A stretch of DNA of 64,000 nt from Eledone cirrhosa (GCA_964016885.1 OZ024742.1:1550001-1614000), one strand, 5' to 3'; counted from the stretch's first letter, positions 1 to 12,579 are shown. Made by a program: numbers and translations. Notes: generated by a model not told the origin, from the letters alone.

Positions 1-146
1 AAACTAGTACATCGTTCCTGTGTCAGTGTTGAACAAAAAGGTGACGTGGTTGCCTTAACACCGTACGGCATAAATTCAGGCTGTTCGCTTTGTTGACAAA
101 CAAACGAACAAAGCGGCCGGCGTTATAATAAACGTCGGCTAAACTG

Positions 147-300
147 ATGCGTGCATATATGTATGTGTACCTGTATGCATATGTGTATATGTATATATAT
201 ATATATATATATATGCATGCTACTGTACGTCTGTATACATATATGTATGTACGTATACATACATACTTACATATATATATATGTATATGTGTATATATAT

Positions 301-346
<46 letters not shown>

Positions 347-497
347 GTATATATATATATGTATATATATATATATGTATATATATATGTATATATATAT
401 GTGTATATATATATGTATATATATATGTATATATATATATGTATATATATATATGTATATATATATGTATATATATATATGTATATATATATATATG

Positions 498-528
<31 letters not shown>

Positions 529-614
529 GTATATATATATGTATATACATATATACGTATATATATATGTATATATATATGTATATACATATATACGTAT
601 ATATATATGTATAT
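147..614. repeat. (TA)n/(TATG)n microsatellite
   Basis: Direct. Similar tracts at 951-1065, 1654-2452, 4120-4283, 8289-9178, 12190-12308 and 60810-62254. Confidence 0.98.
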
Positions 615-950
615 ATCATCATCATCATCATCATCATTTTACGTCCGCTTTTCCCTGCTTGCAAGGGTGGGACGGGAACTGATTCTGGCTTGATTTCTAC
701 AGCTGGATGCCCTTCCTAACACCAACCTCATTTACAGTGAGTGCTGGGTGCTTTTTTGTCGTGGCACCTCCACGACCACTTTGCAGTGGAATGATAGTGA
801 CCCCAGTCCCTATCATCTCATTTCTACAGCTGAGTAAACTGGAGCAATGTGAAATAAAGTGTCTTGCTCAAGGAAACAACACATCACCCAGTCTGAGAAT
901 TGAACTCACAACCTTTCGATTGCAAGGCCAATGCTCTAACCACTAAGCCA
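615..950 (-). mobile_element. tRNA-derived SINE, family 1 (RTE-tailed)
   Basis: Minus strand reads TGGCTTAGTGG (A box) ... GAGTTCAATTC (B box). The 3' half matches the RTE-B 3' UTR (CACCCAGCACTCACTGTAAATGAGGTTGGTGTTAGGAAGGGCATCCAGCTGTAG). (GAT)n tail. Confidence 0.92.
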
Positions 951-954
951 TATG

Positions 955-1017
<63 letters not shown>

Positions 1018-1065
1018 CTATATACATATATATGTATATATATATGTATATATATATGTATATAT

Positions 1066-1182
1066 ATAGGAACCAGTAAGACCCCGACGGCTGAGCTCAA
1101 GCCGTTTCGACGGCTAATTCTGGACATGAATTAACCGTCGAAACGGCTTGAGCTCAGCCGTCGGGGTCTTACTGGTTCCTAT
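1066..1182. repeat. near-perfect palindrome (55-bp arms, 7-nt loop)
   Basis: 1066-1120 is the reverse complement of 1128-1182 with one mismatch. Confidence 0.95.
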
Positions 1183-1292
1183 TACCCACTCTACTACCCC
1201 AAGTATTGAGTACTTTGGTGCGTTATGGTCCACCTGGTTCCTTACCACATTTCCTTCGTTATGTATATATATATGTATATATATATGTATAT

Positions 1293-1640
1293 ATCATCAT
1301 CATCATCATCATTTCATTTTACGTCCGCTTTTTCCCTGCTTGCAAGGGTGGGACGGGAACTGATTTTGGCTTGATTTCTACAGCTGGATGCCCTTCCTAA
1401 CACCAACCTCATTTACAGTGAGTGCTGGGTGCTTTTTTGCCGTGGCACCTGCACGACCACTTTGCAGTGGAATGATATGGACCCCAGTCCCTATCATCTC
1501 ATTTCTACAGCTGAGTAAACTGGAGCAATGTGAAATAAAGTGTCTTGCTCAAGGAAACAACACATCGCCCGGTCTGAGAATTGAACTCACAACCTTTCGA
1601 TTGCAAGGCCAATGCTCTAACCACTAAGCCATGTGCCTCC
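1293..1640 (-). mobile_element. tRNA-derived SINE, family 1, full length
   Basis: Near-identical to 615-950. 5' end GGAGGCACATGGCTTAGTGG; CATGTGCCTCC is duplicated at 1643-1653. Confidence 0.92.
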
Positions 1641-1653
1641 ATCATGTGCCTCC

Positions 1654-1671
1654 ATATATATATATATATAT

Positions 1672-1729
<58 letters not shown>

Positions 1730-1837
1730 TTATATATATATGTATATACATATATACGTATATATATATATGTATATATATATATATACGTATATATATG
1801 TATATATATATGTATATATATATATATGTATATGTAT

Positions 1838-1888
<51 letters not shown>

Positions 1889-2052
1889 CATATATACGTA
1901 TATATATATATGTATATATATATATACGTATATATATGTATATATATATGTATATATATATATGTATATATATATATGTATATATATATGTATATGTATA
2001 TATATATGTATATATATATATGTATATATATATGTATATGTATATATATATG

Positions 2053-2092
<40 letters not shown>

Positions 2093-2306
2093 TATATATG
2101 TATATATATATGTATATATATATATATATGTATATATATATGTATATATATATATGTATATGTATATGTATATATATATGTATGTATATATATATGTATA
2201 TGTATATATATATATGTATGTATATATATATATATATATGTATATGTATATATATATGTATGTATATATATATATATATGTATATATATGTATATGTATA
2301 TATATG

Positions 2307-2341
<35 letters not shown>

Positions 2342-2363
2342 GTATATATATGTATATATATGT

Positions 2364-2397
<34 letters not shown>

Positions 2398-2452
2398 ATG
2401 TATATATATATATATATATGTGTATATATATATGTATATATATATGTATGTA
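1654..2452. repeat. (TA)n/(TATG)n microsatellite
   Basis: Direct. Confidence 0.98.
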
Positions 2453-3489
2453 TCATCATCATCATCATCATCAACGTTTAACGTCCGTGTTCCACGCTTG
2501 CATGGGTTTGAACGGGGTAGTCCCACTTGAGGCAAGAGTGATTGTCTTGCTCACATAGGACTGTCTGGCAGGTTTTCTACAGTTGGATGCCCTTCCTAAC
2601 ACCAACCACATTTACAGTGTGGGTCTGGGAGGTTTTTACCGTGTTGCCTACACGGCCACATTACAGCGTGGACTGTGTGTTTTTTTTGTCGTGACACCTA
2701 CACGATCTCATTTGTTTCGGCCTATGGCGCGGCACCAACATAACTTTACATAGAACGGGGTGGTATGGATGGGGTGGGGGTGGTGGTGGTGGGACGGGGT
2801 GTATTTTGTTAGAGATGCCTACTGGTTGGAGTAGGTTTTACTATATATTTAGGTAAGGCGGGTCTTCTCTGTTACTGAGTACCGCCAAAGGTCTCGGTCC
2901 AGTGACATTGTCTTGGAGAGGTGTGAGGTCGGAGTTTATCAGCTCGTCCCAGGTTTTTCTAGGTCTGCCTATTCCGTGGCTACCGTCTATCTTTATTGCC
3001 CTGCACTTTGTTATACAGCTATCGACTTTCATGCGCATCACGTGTCCATACCAACGTAGCCTTCTCTCGAGTAAACAACATCTGATCCCTCTTATTTCTA
3101 ATTTTTTCCTTAGTTCGTTTATGCTTTGCCGTTCACGTATATTACTGTTACACATCCAGCGGAGCATGCAAGCTTCGTTCCTCTCTAGTCTGCGTATATC
3201 CTCTGCACACAATGCCCAGGTCTCACTGCCATGCAACATTGCTGTTCGTATGCAGGCATCGTACAACCTGCCTTTCATTTTTAGGGAGAACCCTTTAGCA
3301 GCTAATAGTGGTATAAGCTCTCTGAACTTTTTCCAACCAGTTCTGACTCTAGCTACTGTACTTTCAGAGCACTCTCCCCCACTGCTGATTTTATCACCCA
3401 GGTAACGGAAACTGTCCACTATTTCTATAGAACCCTCTGCGCAATTGAAAGAGCTAGTATTTTGTGGGCACTTGCTGCTACTTATTGCA
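2453..3489 (-). mobile_element. RTE-clade LINE subfamily A, 5'-truncated
   Basis: (GAT)n tail, 3' UTR matching 28921-29280, and ORF 2841-3419 (DSFRYLG...GSETW...RRLRWYGHV...GRPRKTW) with a small frameshifting deletion near its end. Confidence 0.93.
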
Positions 3490-3513
3490 GATGATGATAT
3501 ATATATGTTATGT

Positions 3514-4119
3514 CAGGTCACCAGTTGGTGCTACTGGTAACATGTATCCCAGTACAACCTGTCGCATGGTCGGGTCGTTGGCGACTAAACTGGCAACCTC
3601 ACCAAGGTTTCTTGGTGAGGAGGGTGACTTTGGACATCCTGCAGGACTAAAAACAAAACCTGTCAAAGGGCAAAGGAGCTCTTAAGAGTCAATGGCCATC
3701 CAAAATCACCGGGAGAGATGACCCCTTAGCCTTTGTCAAGGCAGAATTCTAGGAGAAGGAAAACTCTGATATAACACCTGCAACCCTGATGGTATCCAAT
3801 GATGTTGACTTGTTCTTCTTTTTGGTACATATCATCTTGTTTAAGAGAGTGGGACTGGCTTTGTGCAGTGCCTTTGCTCACTATAAAAGCTTCACGGCAC
3901 AGGCATTGCTTTATATCTGGAGATTTCTCTGCACTTGTCGTCAGATGGTACCATGGGCCCAGCACTATGTGTCAAGAATTGTCAAAAGTGTAGTGTTTGT
4001 ACCAGAGTTTTCAAATCGCTGGCTGGACTAAAAAGTCACACTCGTTCAGCGCATCGGTAGGCGTTCTCCTACATGGATATAAAGTAGTGGCCGTACTCGA
4101 AAACGAGTTGGCAGCCACC
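3514..4119 (+). mobile_element. 606-bp non-autonomous bipartite RTE-like element, copy 1
   Basis: Same ends as 4291-4896. CTAGGAGAAGGAAAACTCTGA resembles RTE 5' UTR motifs. 3989-4060 encodes [23 protein letters not shown] (C2H2 finger). Imperfect TSD ATATATATATGT(T)ATGT. Confidence 0.7.
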
Positions 4120-4152
4120 ATATATATATGTATGTATATATATATATGTATG

Positions 4153-4183
<31 letters not shown>

Positions 4184-4196
4184 GTATATATATATG

Positions 4197-4243
<47 letters not shown>

Positions 4244-4290
4244 GTATGTATATATATGTATATATATATATATGTATATATATCAGATGT

Positions 4291-4896
4291 CAGGTCACCA
4301 CTTGGTGCTACTGGTAACATGTATCCCAGTACAACCTGCCTCATGGTCGGGTCGTTGGCGACTAAACTGGCAACCCCACCAAGGTTTCTTGGTGAGGAGG
4401 GTGACTTTGGACATCCTGCAGGACTAAAAACAAAACCTGTCAAAGGGCAAAGGTGCTCTTAAGAGTCAATGGCCATCCAAAATCACTGGGAGAGATGACC
4501 CCTTAGCCTTTGTCAAGGCAGAATTCTAGGAGAAGGAAATCTCTAATATAACACCTGCAACCCTGATGGTATCCAATGATGTTGACTTGTTCTTCTTTTT
4601 GGTAAATATCATCTTGGTTAAGAGAGTGGGACTGGCTTTGTGCAGTGCCTTTGCTCACTATAAAAGCTTCACGGCACAGGCATTGCTTTATATCTGGAGA
4701 TCTCTCTGCACTTGTCGTCACATGGTACCAAAGGAAAAGCACTATGTGTCAATAATTGTCACAAGTGTAGTGTTTGTACCAGAGTTTTCAAGTCGCTGGC
4801 TGGACTAAAAAGTCACACTCGTTCAGCGCATCGGTAGGGGTTCTCCTACATGGATATAAAGTAGTGGCCGTACTCGAAAACGAGTTGGCAGCCACC
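4291..4896 (+). mobile_element. 606-bp non-autonomous bipartite RTE-like element, copy 2
   Basis: Flanked by the direct repeat ATATCAGATGT (4280-4290, 4897-4907). C2H2 finger at 4766-4837. Confidence 0.72.
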
Positions 4897-4905
4897 ATAT
4901 CAGAT

Positions 4906-7900
4906 GTAAACAACATCTGATCCCTCTTATTTCTAATTTTTTCCTTAGTTCGTTTATGCTTTGCCGTTCACGTATATTACTATTGCACATCCAGCGGAGC
5001 ATGCAAGCTTCGTTCCTCTCTAGTCTGCGTATATCCTCTGCACACAATGCCCAGGTCTCACTGCCATGCAGCATTGCTGTTCGTATACAGGCATCGTATA
5101 ATCTGCCTTTCATTTTTAGGGAGAACCCTCTAGCGGCTAATAGTGGTATAAGCTCTCTGAACTTTTTCCATCCAGTTCTGACTCTAGCTACTGTACTTTC
5201 AGAGCACCCTCCCCCACTGCTGATTTTGTCACCCAGGTAACGGAAGCTGTCCACTATTTCTATAGAACCCTCTGCGCAGTTGAAGGAGCTAGTATTTTGT
5301 GGGCACTTGCTGCTACTTATTGCACCAGAGCACCGGCCACATGTAAAATCTATGTTCTTAGTTAGCTTACCTGTGATCCCACTACATCTTTTATGCACCC
5401 ATACTTTGCATTTGGGACATAAAATGGAGTTTCTACCTACGCCTTTCCTACACACTGAGCATGGCCATTTCCCAGATGGGACCGCCATCTTATTTTCTTT
5501 CCTACAAACTAGAACTTTGGTCTTAGCCAGGTTAATTTTAAGGCCTTTTGATTCTAGGCCGTGCTTCCATGTTTGGAATTTCTTCTCTAGCTCGGCCATT
5601 GATTCAGCTATGAGTGTTAGGTCGTCTGCGTAAAGGAGTTCCCATGGGCAGCCAGTCTTGAACTCCTCTGTTATAGCCTGAAGGGCAATAATAAATAGTA
5701 GGGGGCTGAGAACAGAGCCCTGATGGACGCCAACTTTTACGCTAAACTCTTCACTATATTCGTTGTTAATTCTAACCTTACTGACTGTTTCTTTATACAT
5801 GGCTTGTATAGCTCTCACAAGCCATTCGTTGACACCTAGTTTTCTAAGAGCCCACCAGATAATGGAACGGGGGACTCTGTCGAAGGCTTTCTCCAAGTCG
5901 ACAAAAGCTAAGTATAGGGGTTTACTTTTAGCTAGGTACTTCTCCTGTAGTTGTCGTACAATGAAAAGAGCGTCTGTGGTACTTTTGCCTGATACAAACC
6001 CGAACTGCATTTCATCTAGATCAATTCTCTCTCTGATTAGTTGCGCTATTACTTTTTCCGTGACCTTCATGACCTGGTCGATTAATTTAATGCCTCTATA
6101 GTTACTCCTATCTAGGGCATCTCCTTTACCCTTATAACAGTTAACAATGATGCTGCTACGCCAGTCCTTCGGAACAACCCCATTCTGTACGACTTGGTTT
6201 ACTATCCGGGTGACCATGGTGTGTCCCACCGTGCCAGATGCCTTCAGCATCTCAGCAACTATTTCCGAAGGCCCAGCTGCCTTACCCGTCTTCATATCCT
6301 TGATTGCCTTACTTATTATACTACCCTCGACTAACACTGCTGGTCCCTCTATTGGGTCGATGTGGGGGAGACTGTTTTTCTCCCATTTATTCTCCTCATT
6401 TAGTAGCCTTTCATAGTGACACTTCCAAGCTACCTTCTTATCAGCGTCGGTGATGGCAAGTACGCCGTCATCATTAAGTACACACTTCTCCCCGACAATA
6501 TCATGGTTTTCCTTGACACATTGCCTAGCAATCCTGAACACCTCACGTTTTTGGTCCTCGCGTTGTAGAATATGCTTGAACTTTCTTTCCTCTGCTTCCC
6601 TTCTTGCGAAGTACACTTGTCTCCTAGCTTCCCTCCTGGCCACTTGATAGTCTTCTCTACTTCCCCCATCCCGCCATACTTTCCAAGCCTGCTTTTTGGC
6701 CTTAATTGACCCCTCCACCTTACTGTTCCACCACCATGTTACTCTCCTCCTGCCTACAGGCCTGCTCCAGCCACAGACTTCGTCTGCCGCCATCAGCAGG
6801 TTTGCTTTCAGGAATTCCCACTGCTCCTTTATATTGTATGACTCTAATTGCTCTTCCTTACTGTCGAAAGCATCAAGTAGTATGCTTTTAAATTTATTTC
6901 TGGCTGTGGGGTCCTTTAGCTTCCATATTTTTCTCCTGAGGATAGTCCTCTTCTGTTGTCTAGTACGTCTCGTCCTGACTATTAGGTTGCTAATTATCAG
7001 TCTATGTTGGGAGGTGCATTCTTTATGGGGGAGGGATTTAGTGTTTACAACAGACACTCTGTCACGTCTTCTGGTAAGGATATAATCTACCTGGCTTGTG
7101 TGTTCCACAGATCTATAGGTGATCAGGTGATTGTCACGTTTTTTGAAGTTAGTGTTACAGATAGTTAGGTTATTTGCGTCACAGAATTCCAGGATTCTGG
7201 AGCCTTCCTCATTTCTAGTACCAAACCCATAGCCTCCATGGATTTCGTCGTAGCCGTCACAATGTTGTCCAACGTGACCATTTAGGTCGCCTGCAATAAT
7301 TATATAGTCACTGTCGGTTATTTGGGAGGTAGTGAGCATCAGTGTCTCATAGAATCTGTCTTTTATAGTGCCAGGCAGTCCGGCTTGGGGTGCGTACGCA
7401 GATATTACTGTCACCGTAGTTCTATTGAGGACAAGTCTTATTTTAATTATTCTGTCGTTCACTCCATTTACGTCTATTATCTTATCTGCCCACTTTTCTG
7501 CTACCATGATTCCTACTCCACCCAGCCCATCGTCGTTTCCCACCCAGAAAAGCTTATAGCATCGTTTTTTAACCTCAATGACTCTAGCAGACCCACCCCT
7601 CCACCTGGTCTCTTGAATACAACAAACATCGACCTCCTTACGTTCGAGCATTTCTACAACCTCGTTAGAGCGACCCTTTAAGGTGCCTACATTTATGGTA
7701 CCAACTCTGAAGTTTTGGATTGTGTTTGGAGGGTGGGAGCGGTGGGGAGCGAGGGCAGATGGGGTTATGTTAGCCATCCGCGGCCGAAACAAAGAGGAGT
7801 GCTCGCATTCTCGTCCACGAGGTGAATTTGTCTTTATCTTTGGCATTGTCGCTGAGCGTCCAAATTTTTCTCTCTTCCACTCTCCAGAATTCCGTAGTCC

Positions 7901-8288
7901 ATCCATCCATCATATATCGAAAGACAACCAGGTAAGCGATAGTATAGGCCTCTGGCTTATGATTGGTCCACGTAATAATAATAATGGTGGTGCGTGGGGG
8001 CGGGAGGGAGGGGTGTTGGGTAGTTAGCGAGAAGGTAGGGTTTGAATGAGGTCCTCGTATTTAACAAGCGATAACAAAAATACAAGATTTGTTTTGTTTA
8101 ATACGACAAAAACCCTCGTATTTAACAAGCAATAACAAAAAAAAAATACAGATTTGTTTTGGGAAATACGACAAACTACAGTAGGTTTTGGCAAGATTGG
8201 ATTCGGAGAAGAGAAAATGCTATAGAATTGTCGGAGGGTTGGACTGGATACGAATGGAGTGTGGAAATGGTAGAAAAATGTGTACATT
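4906..8288 (-). mobile_element. RTE-clade LINE subfamily A, 5'-complete and 3'-truncated
   Basis: ORF 4823-7906 has APE endonuclease (GTINVGTL, CIQETRW, GDLNGHVG, QVDYIL, SQHR), RT (QFGF, DLEKAFD, GVHQGSVLSP, YADD) and PHD finger. It breaks after RCCL. 5' end AATGTACACATTTTT matches the full-length copy. Confidence 0.95.
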
Positions 8289-8443
8289 ATATATGTATGT
8301 ATATATATATATGTATATATATATGTATGTATATATATATGTATATATGTATATATATATGTATGTATATATATATATGTATATATATATATGTGTATAT
8401 GTATATATGTATATATATGTATATATGTATATGTATATATATG

Positions 8444-8474
<31 letters not shown>

Positions 8475-9178
8475 GTATATATATATGTATATGTGTATAT
8501 ATATATGTATATATATGTGTATATATATGTATGTATATATGTATATATATATATGTATATATGTATATATATATATGTATATATGTATATATATATGTAT
8601 ATATATATGTATATATTTATATATGTATATATATATATGTATATATATATATATGTATATATATATATGTATATATATATATATGTATATATTTATATGT
8701 ATATATATATGTATATATGTATATATATATGTATATATGTATATATATATGTATATATATATGTATATATGTATATATATATATATATGTGTATATATGT
8801 ATATATATATGTATGTATATGTATATGTGTATATATGTATATATATGTGTATGTATATGTATATATATGTGTATGTATATATATATGTATATATATATGT
8901 ATATATATGTGTATGTATATATATATGTATATATATGTGTATGTATATATATATGTATATATATATATGTATATATATGTGTATGTATATATATATGTAT
9001 ATATATATATGTGTATGTATATATATATGTATATATATATATGTATATATGTATGTATATATGTATGTATATATGTATATGTATGTATATATGTATATGT
9101 ATGTATATATATATGTATGTATATATATATATGTATGTATGCATATATGTATGTATGTATATATATATGTATGTATAT

Positions 9179-9514
9179 ATCATCATTTCATTTTATGTCC
9201 ACTTTTCCCTGCTTGCAAGGGTGGGACGGGAATTGATGCTGGCTTGATTTCTGCAGCTGGATGCCCTTCCTAACACCAACCTCATTTACAGTGAGTGCTG
9301 GGTGCTTTTTTGTTGTGGCACCTCCACGACCACTTTGCAGTGGAATGATAGGGACCCCAGTCCCTATCATCTCATTTCTACAGCTGAGTAAACTGGAGCA
9401 ATGTGAAATAAAGTGTCTTGCTCAAGGAAAAAACACATCACCCGGTCTGAGAATTGAACTCACAACCTTTCGATTGCAAGGCCAATGCTCTAACCACTAA
9501 CCCATGTGCCTCCC
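9179..9514 (-). mobile_element. tRNA-derived SINE, family 1
   Basis: Near-identical to 1293-1640. Confidence 0.92.
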
Positions 9515-9604
9515 ATATATATATGTATATATATATGTATGTATATATATATATGTATATATATACATACATATATATATACATATATATATGGGAGGCA
9601 CATG

Positions 9605-12190
9605 AAACAGAGGCCAACCTGGAGAAGAAAGATCTGGAAGCTGAAAGTCCCCTCAACCAGTAACAGATTTAAAGATATTTTACTCAACGCCTACGACAGT
9701 AAAGAAGAACAGATAGAGACATTTAACGTAGAAGAGAACTGGGAGTTCCTAAAAAATAACTTACTAGAGGCGACGGATGAGGTTTGTGGCTGGAGTAAGA
9801 CCTCAAGCAGGAGGAGAGTGACTTGGTGGTGGAACAATAAGGTAGATGAAGCAGTCAAGGCCAAGAGACAGGCATGGAAAGAATGGAAGAACGGGGGGAG
9901 CAGGGTACATTACATAGAGACCAAGAGGGAAGCTAGGCGACAAGTATACTTAGCTAGGAGGGAAGCAGAGGATAGAAAATTCAAGCATGTTTTACAACGT
10001 GAGGACCAGAAACAGGAGGTATTCAAGATTGCGAGGCAGTGTGTCAGAGATAGTTGTGATGTCATTGGAGAGAAGTGTATCCGGAATGATAAAGGTGAGC
10101 TTGCCCTCACAAGTGCTGAGAAGAAAGATGCATGGAAGAGTCATTATGATAGATTACTAAATGAGGAGAATGCATGGGAAGAAGAGACCCTACCCCACGT
10201 AGACCCTATAGAGGGACCAGCAGTACAAGTCAGCGGCAGCGTAGTAAGTAAGGCAATCAGAGATATGAAGATAGGGAAGGCAACCGGTCCATCGGGTATA
10301 GCTGCCGAGATGCTGAAGGCATCTGGGTCTATAGGTCACACTATAACCACACGTATCGTTAACCAGGTAATACTAGAGGGAGCCATACCAAAAGATTGGT
10401 GCAGTAGCATCATTGTCAACTGCTACAAAGGTAAAGGCGATGCACTAGATAGAGGAAACTATAGAGGTATAAAGTTGATGGACCAGGTCATGAAAGTAAC
10501 AGAAAGAGTTATAGCACAGCTGATTAGGGACCGGGTGAATATAGACGAGATGCAATTTGGGTTTGTACCAGGGAAAGGCACCACTGATGCCCTCTTCCTT
10601 GTGAGGCAATTACAGGAAAAGTACCTAGCTAAAAGTAAGCCACTCTACTTGGCATTTGTCGACCTTGAGAAAGCCTTTGACAGAGTTCCACGTGCAGTAA
10701 TCTGGTGGGCTCTTAGAAAACTAGGAGTAGATGAATGGCTTGTGAAAGCGGTACAAGCCATGTATAGGGGAGCAGTCAGCAAAGTTAGGATTGGCAATGA
10801 GTATAGCGAGGAATTTAGCGTACAGGTTGGGGTCCACCAGGGCTCTGTTCTTAGCCCTCTCCTGTTCATCATAGTCCTGCAGGCAATAACGGAGGAGTTT
10901 AAGACCGGATGCCCATGGGAACTCCTGTATGCTGATGACCTCGCACTCATAGCTGAATCTATGGTAGAACTAGAGAATAAATTCCAAACCTGGAAGCAGG
11001 GACTAGAGAGAAAGGGCCTCAAAGTCAACATGACAAAGACTAAGGTCCTTATAAGTAGACGAGAAAACAGAACCCAGATCCCCTCAGGGAAATGGCCTTG
11101 CTCAGTATGTAGGAAAGGTGTAGGTAGGAACTCCATTCTTTGCCCCAAATGCAAACAATGGGTACACAAGAGATGTAGCGGGATCTCAGGAAGCTTAATT
11201 AAGAATGTAGGATTCACATGCAGCAGCTGTGCTGAAACAGCAAGCAAACAGCCACAGGAAACAAGTACCACCAATCTCTGGGAGGGCCCTGTAGAAACAG
11301 TAGACAGCTTCTGCTACCTAGGTGACCGAATTAGCAACGGAGGTGGGTGCTCAGAAAGTACAATAACTAGGGTAAGAACGGGATGGAAGAAGTTTAGGGA
11401 ACTACTACCACTGCTAGCTGCAAAAGGCTTCTCCCTCAGAATGAAAGGCAGACTGTATGATGCGTGTATCCGAACAGCGATGTTGCATGGTAGTGAGACC
11501 TGGGCGCTGAAGGTGGAAGACTTACGTAGATTAGAGAGAAACGAAGCCTGCATGCTCCGATGGATGTGTAACAGTAATATACGTGAACGACAAAGCATAA
11601 ATGAATTGAGAGAGAGACTGAGCATAAGAGGAATCAAATGCTGCGTGCAGGAGAGGCGGTTACGCTGGTATGGACATGTGATGCGTATGAAGGATGACAG
11701 CTGCATAAAAAGGTGCAGAGCACTAGAAGTTGATGGAAACCGCGGAGTGGGGAGACCCAAGATGACTTGGGATGAGGTGATAAAAGCCGACCTTACCCAA
11801 CTACACCTCTCAAAGTCAATGACACACGACCGTGACTTCTGGCGTCACGCAGTAATACAGGGTACCCGACCTCCCATGGGTACATGCTGAAGCATATAAA
11901 CAATATGCCCCCCCCCCCCCCCACCGCAAGGTGGCCGTGGAGGTGCCACGGCAAAAAAGCACCCAACCCACACTGTAAAGTGGACGTGTAGGCGCCACGA
12001 CAAAAAAGCACCCAGCACTCACTGTAAATGAGGTTGGTGTTAGGAAGGGCATCCAGCTGTAGAAATCAAGCCAGATCAGTTCCTGTATGAGCAAAGCATG
12101 GTCAGCCGACCAGACACTGCCCACAACAGGACAACCCGTCTAACCCATGCTAGCGTGGAAGAACGGACGTAAAACGGTGATGATGATGAT
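9605..12190 (+). mobile_element. RTE-clade LINE subfamily B, 5'-truncated (no APE), RT frame uninterrupted
   Basis: Open frame to 11890 with RT (YADD), PHD finger at about 11098-11230, 3' UTR and (GAT)n tail. Confidence 0.95.
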
Positions 12191-12399
12191 ATATATATGT
12201 ATGTATATATATTTGTATATGTATGTATGTATATATATATGTATGTATATATATATGTATGTATATATATATGTATATATATATGTATATATATGTATGT
12301 ATATATATTAATCAGTCATATAGACTTGTCTTTTCACAATCAATATATTACATAAAAATGTGTGTGTGTTGTGTGGCTTTCTCTGTAGATATAAGTACG

Positions 12400-12471
12400 T
12401 TTGTGTGTGTGTAGTGGGTGGTGTTCTCTCTCTCTCTATATACATATATATGTGTGTGTAGTGGGTGGTGT

Positions 12472-12502
<31 letters not shown>

Positions 12503-12579
12503 GTGTGTGTAGTGTGGTGTTCTCTCTCTCTATATATACATATATATGTGTGTGTAGTGTGTGGTGTTCTCTCTCTCTC

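Noticed and set aside
880-950. SINE heads as genuine tRNA genes
   Set aside because: A/B boxes are present but fused to a SINE body and LINE tail, with no proper acceptor stem or terminator.
23-2558. Long Ile/Tyr-rich ORFs (also 8159-9273, 12401-15488, 60987-63371)
   Set aside because: Translations of TA/TG/CT microsatellites, which lack stop codons.
3915-3955. CTGACGA...GAAA on the minus strand as a hammerhead
   Set aside because: No stem II pairing, and both motifs are mutated in copy 2.
4956-8027. Antisense ORFs over RTE copies (also 29567-32623, 10645-11760)
   Set aside because: Shadow frames of the RT ORF with no independent motifs.
8205-8230. Similarity of the RTE 5' UTR (CTATAGCATTTTCTCTTCTCC) to the 46-bp satellite
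   Set aside because: Only a 10-bp exact match plus low-complexity CT, and not kept in the other full-length copy.
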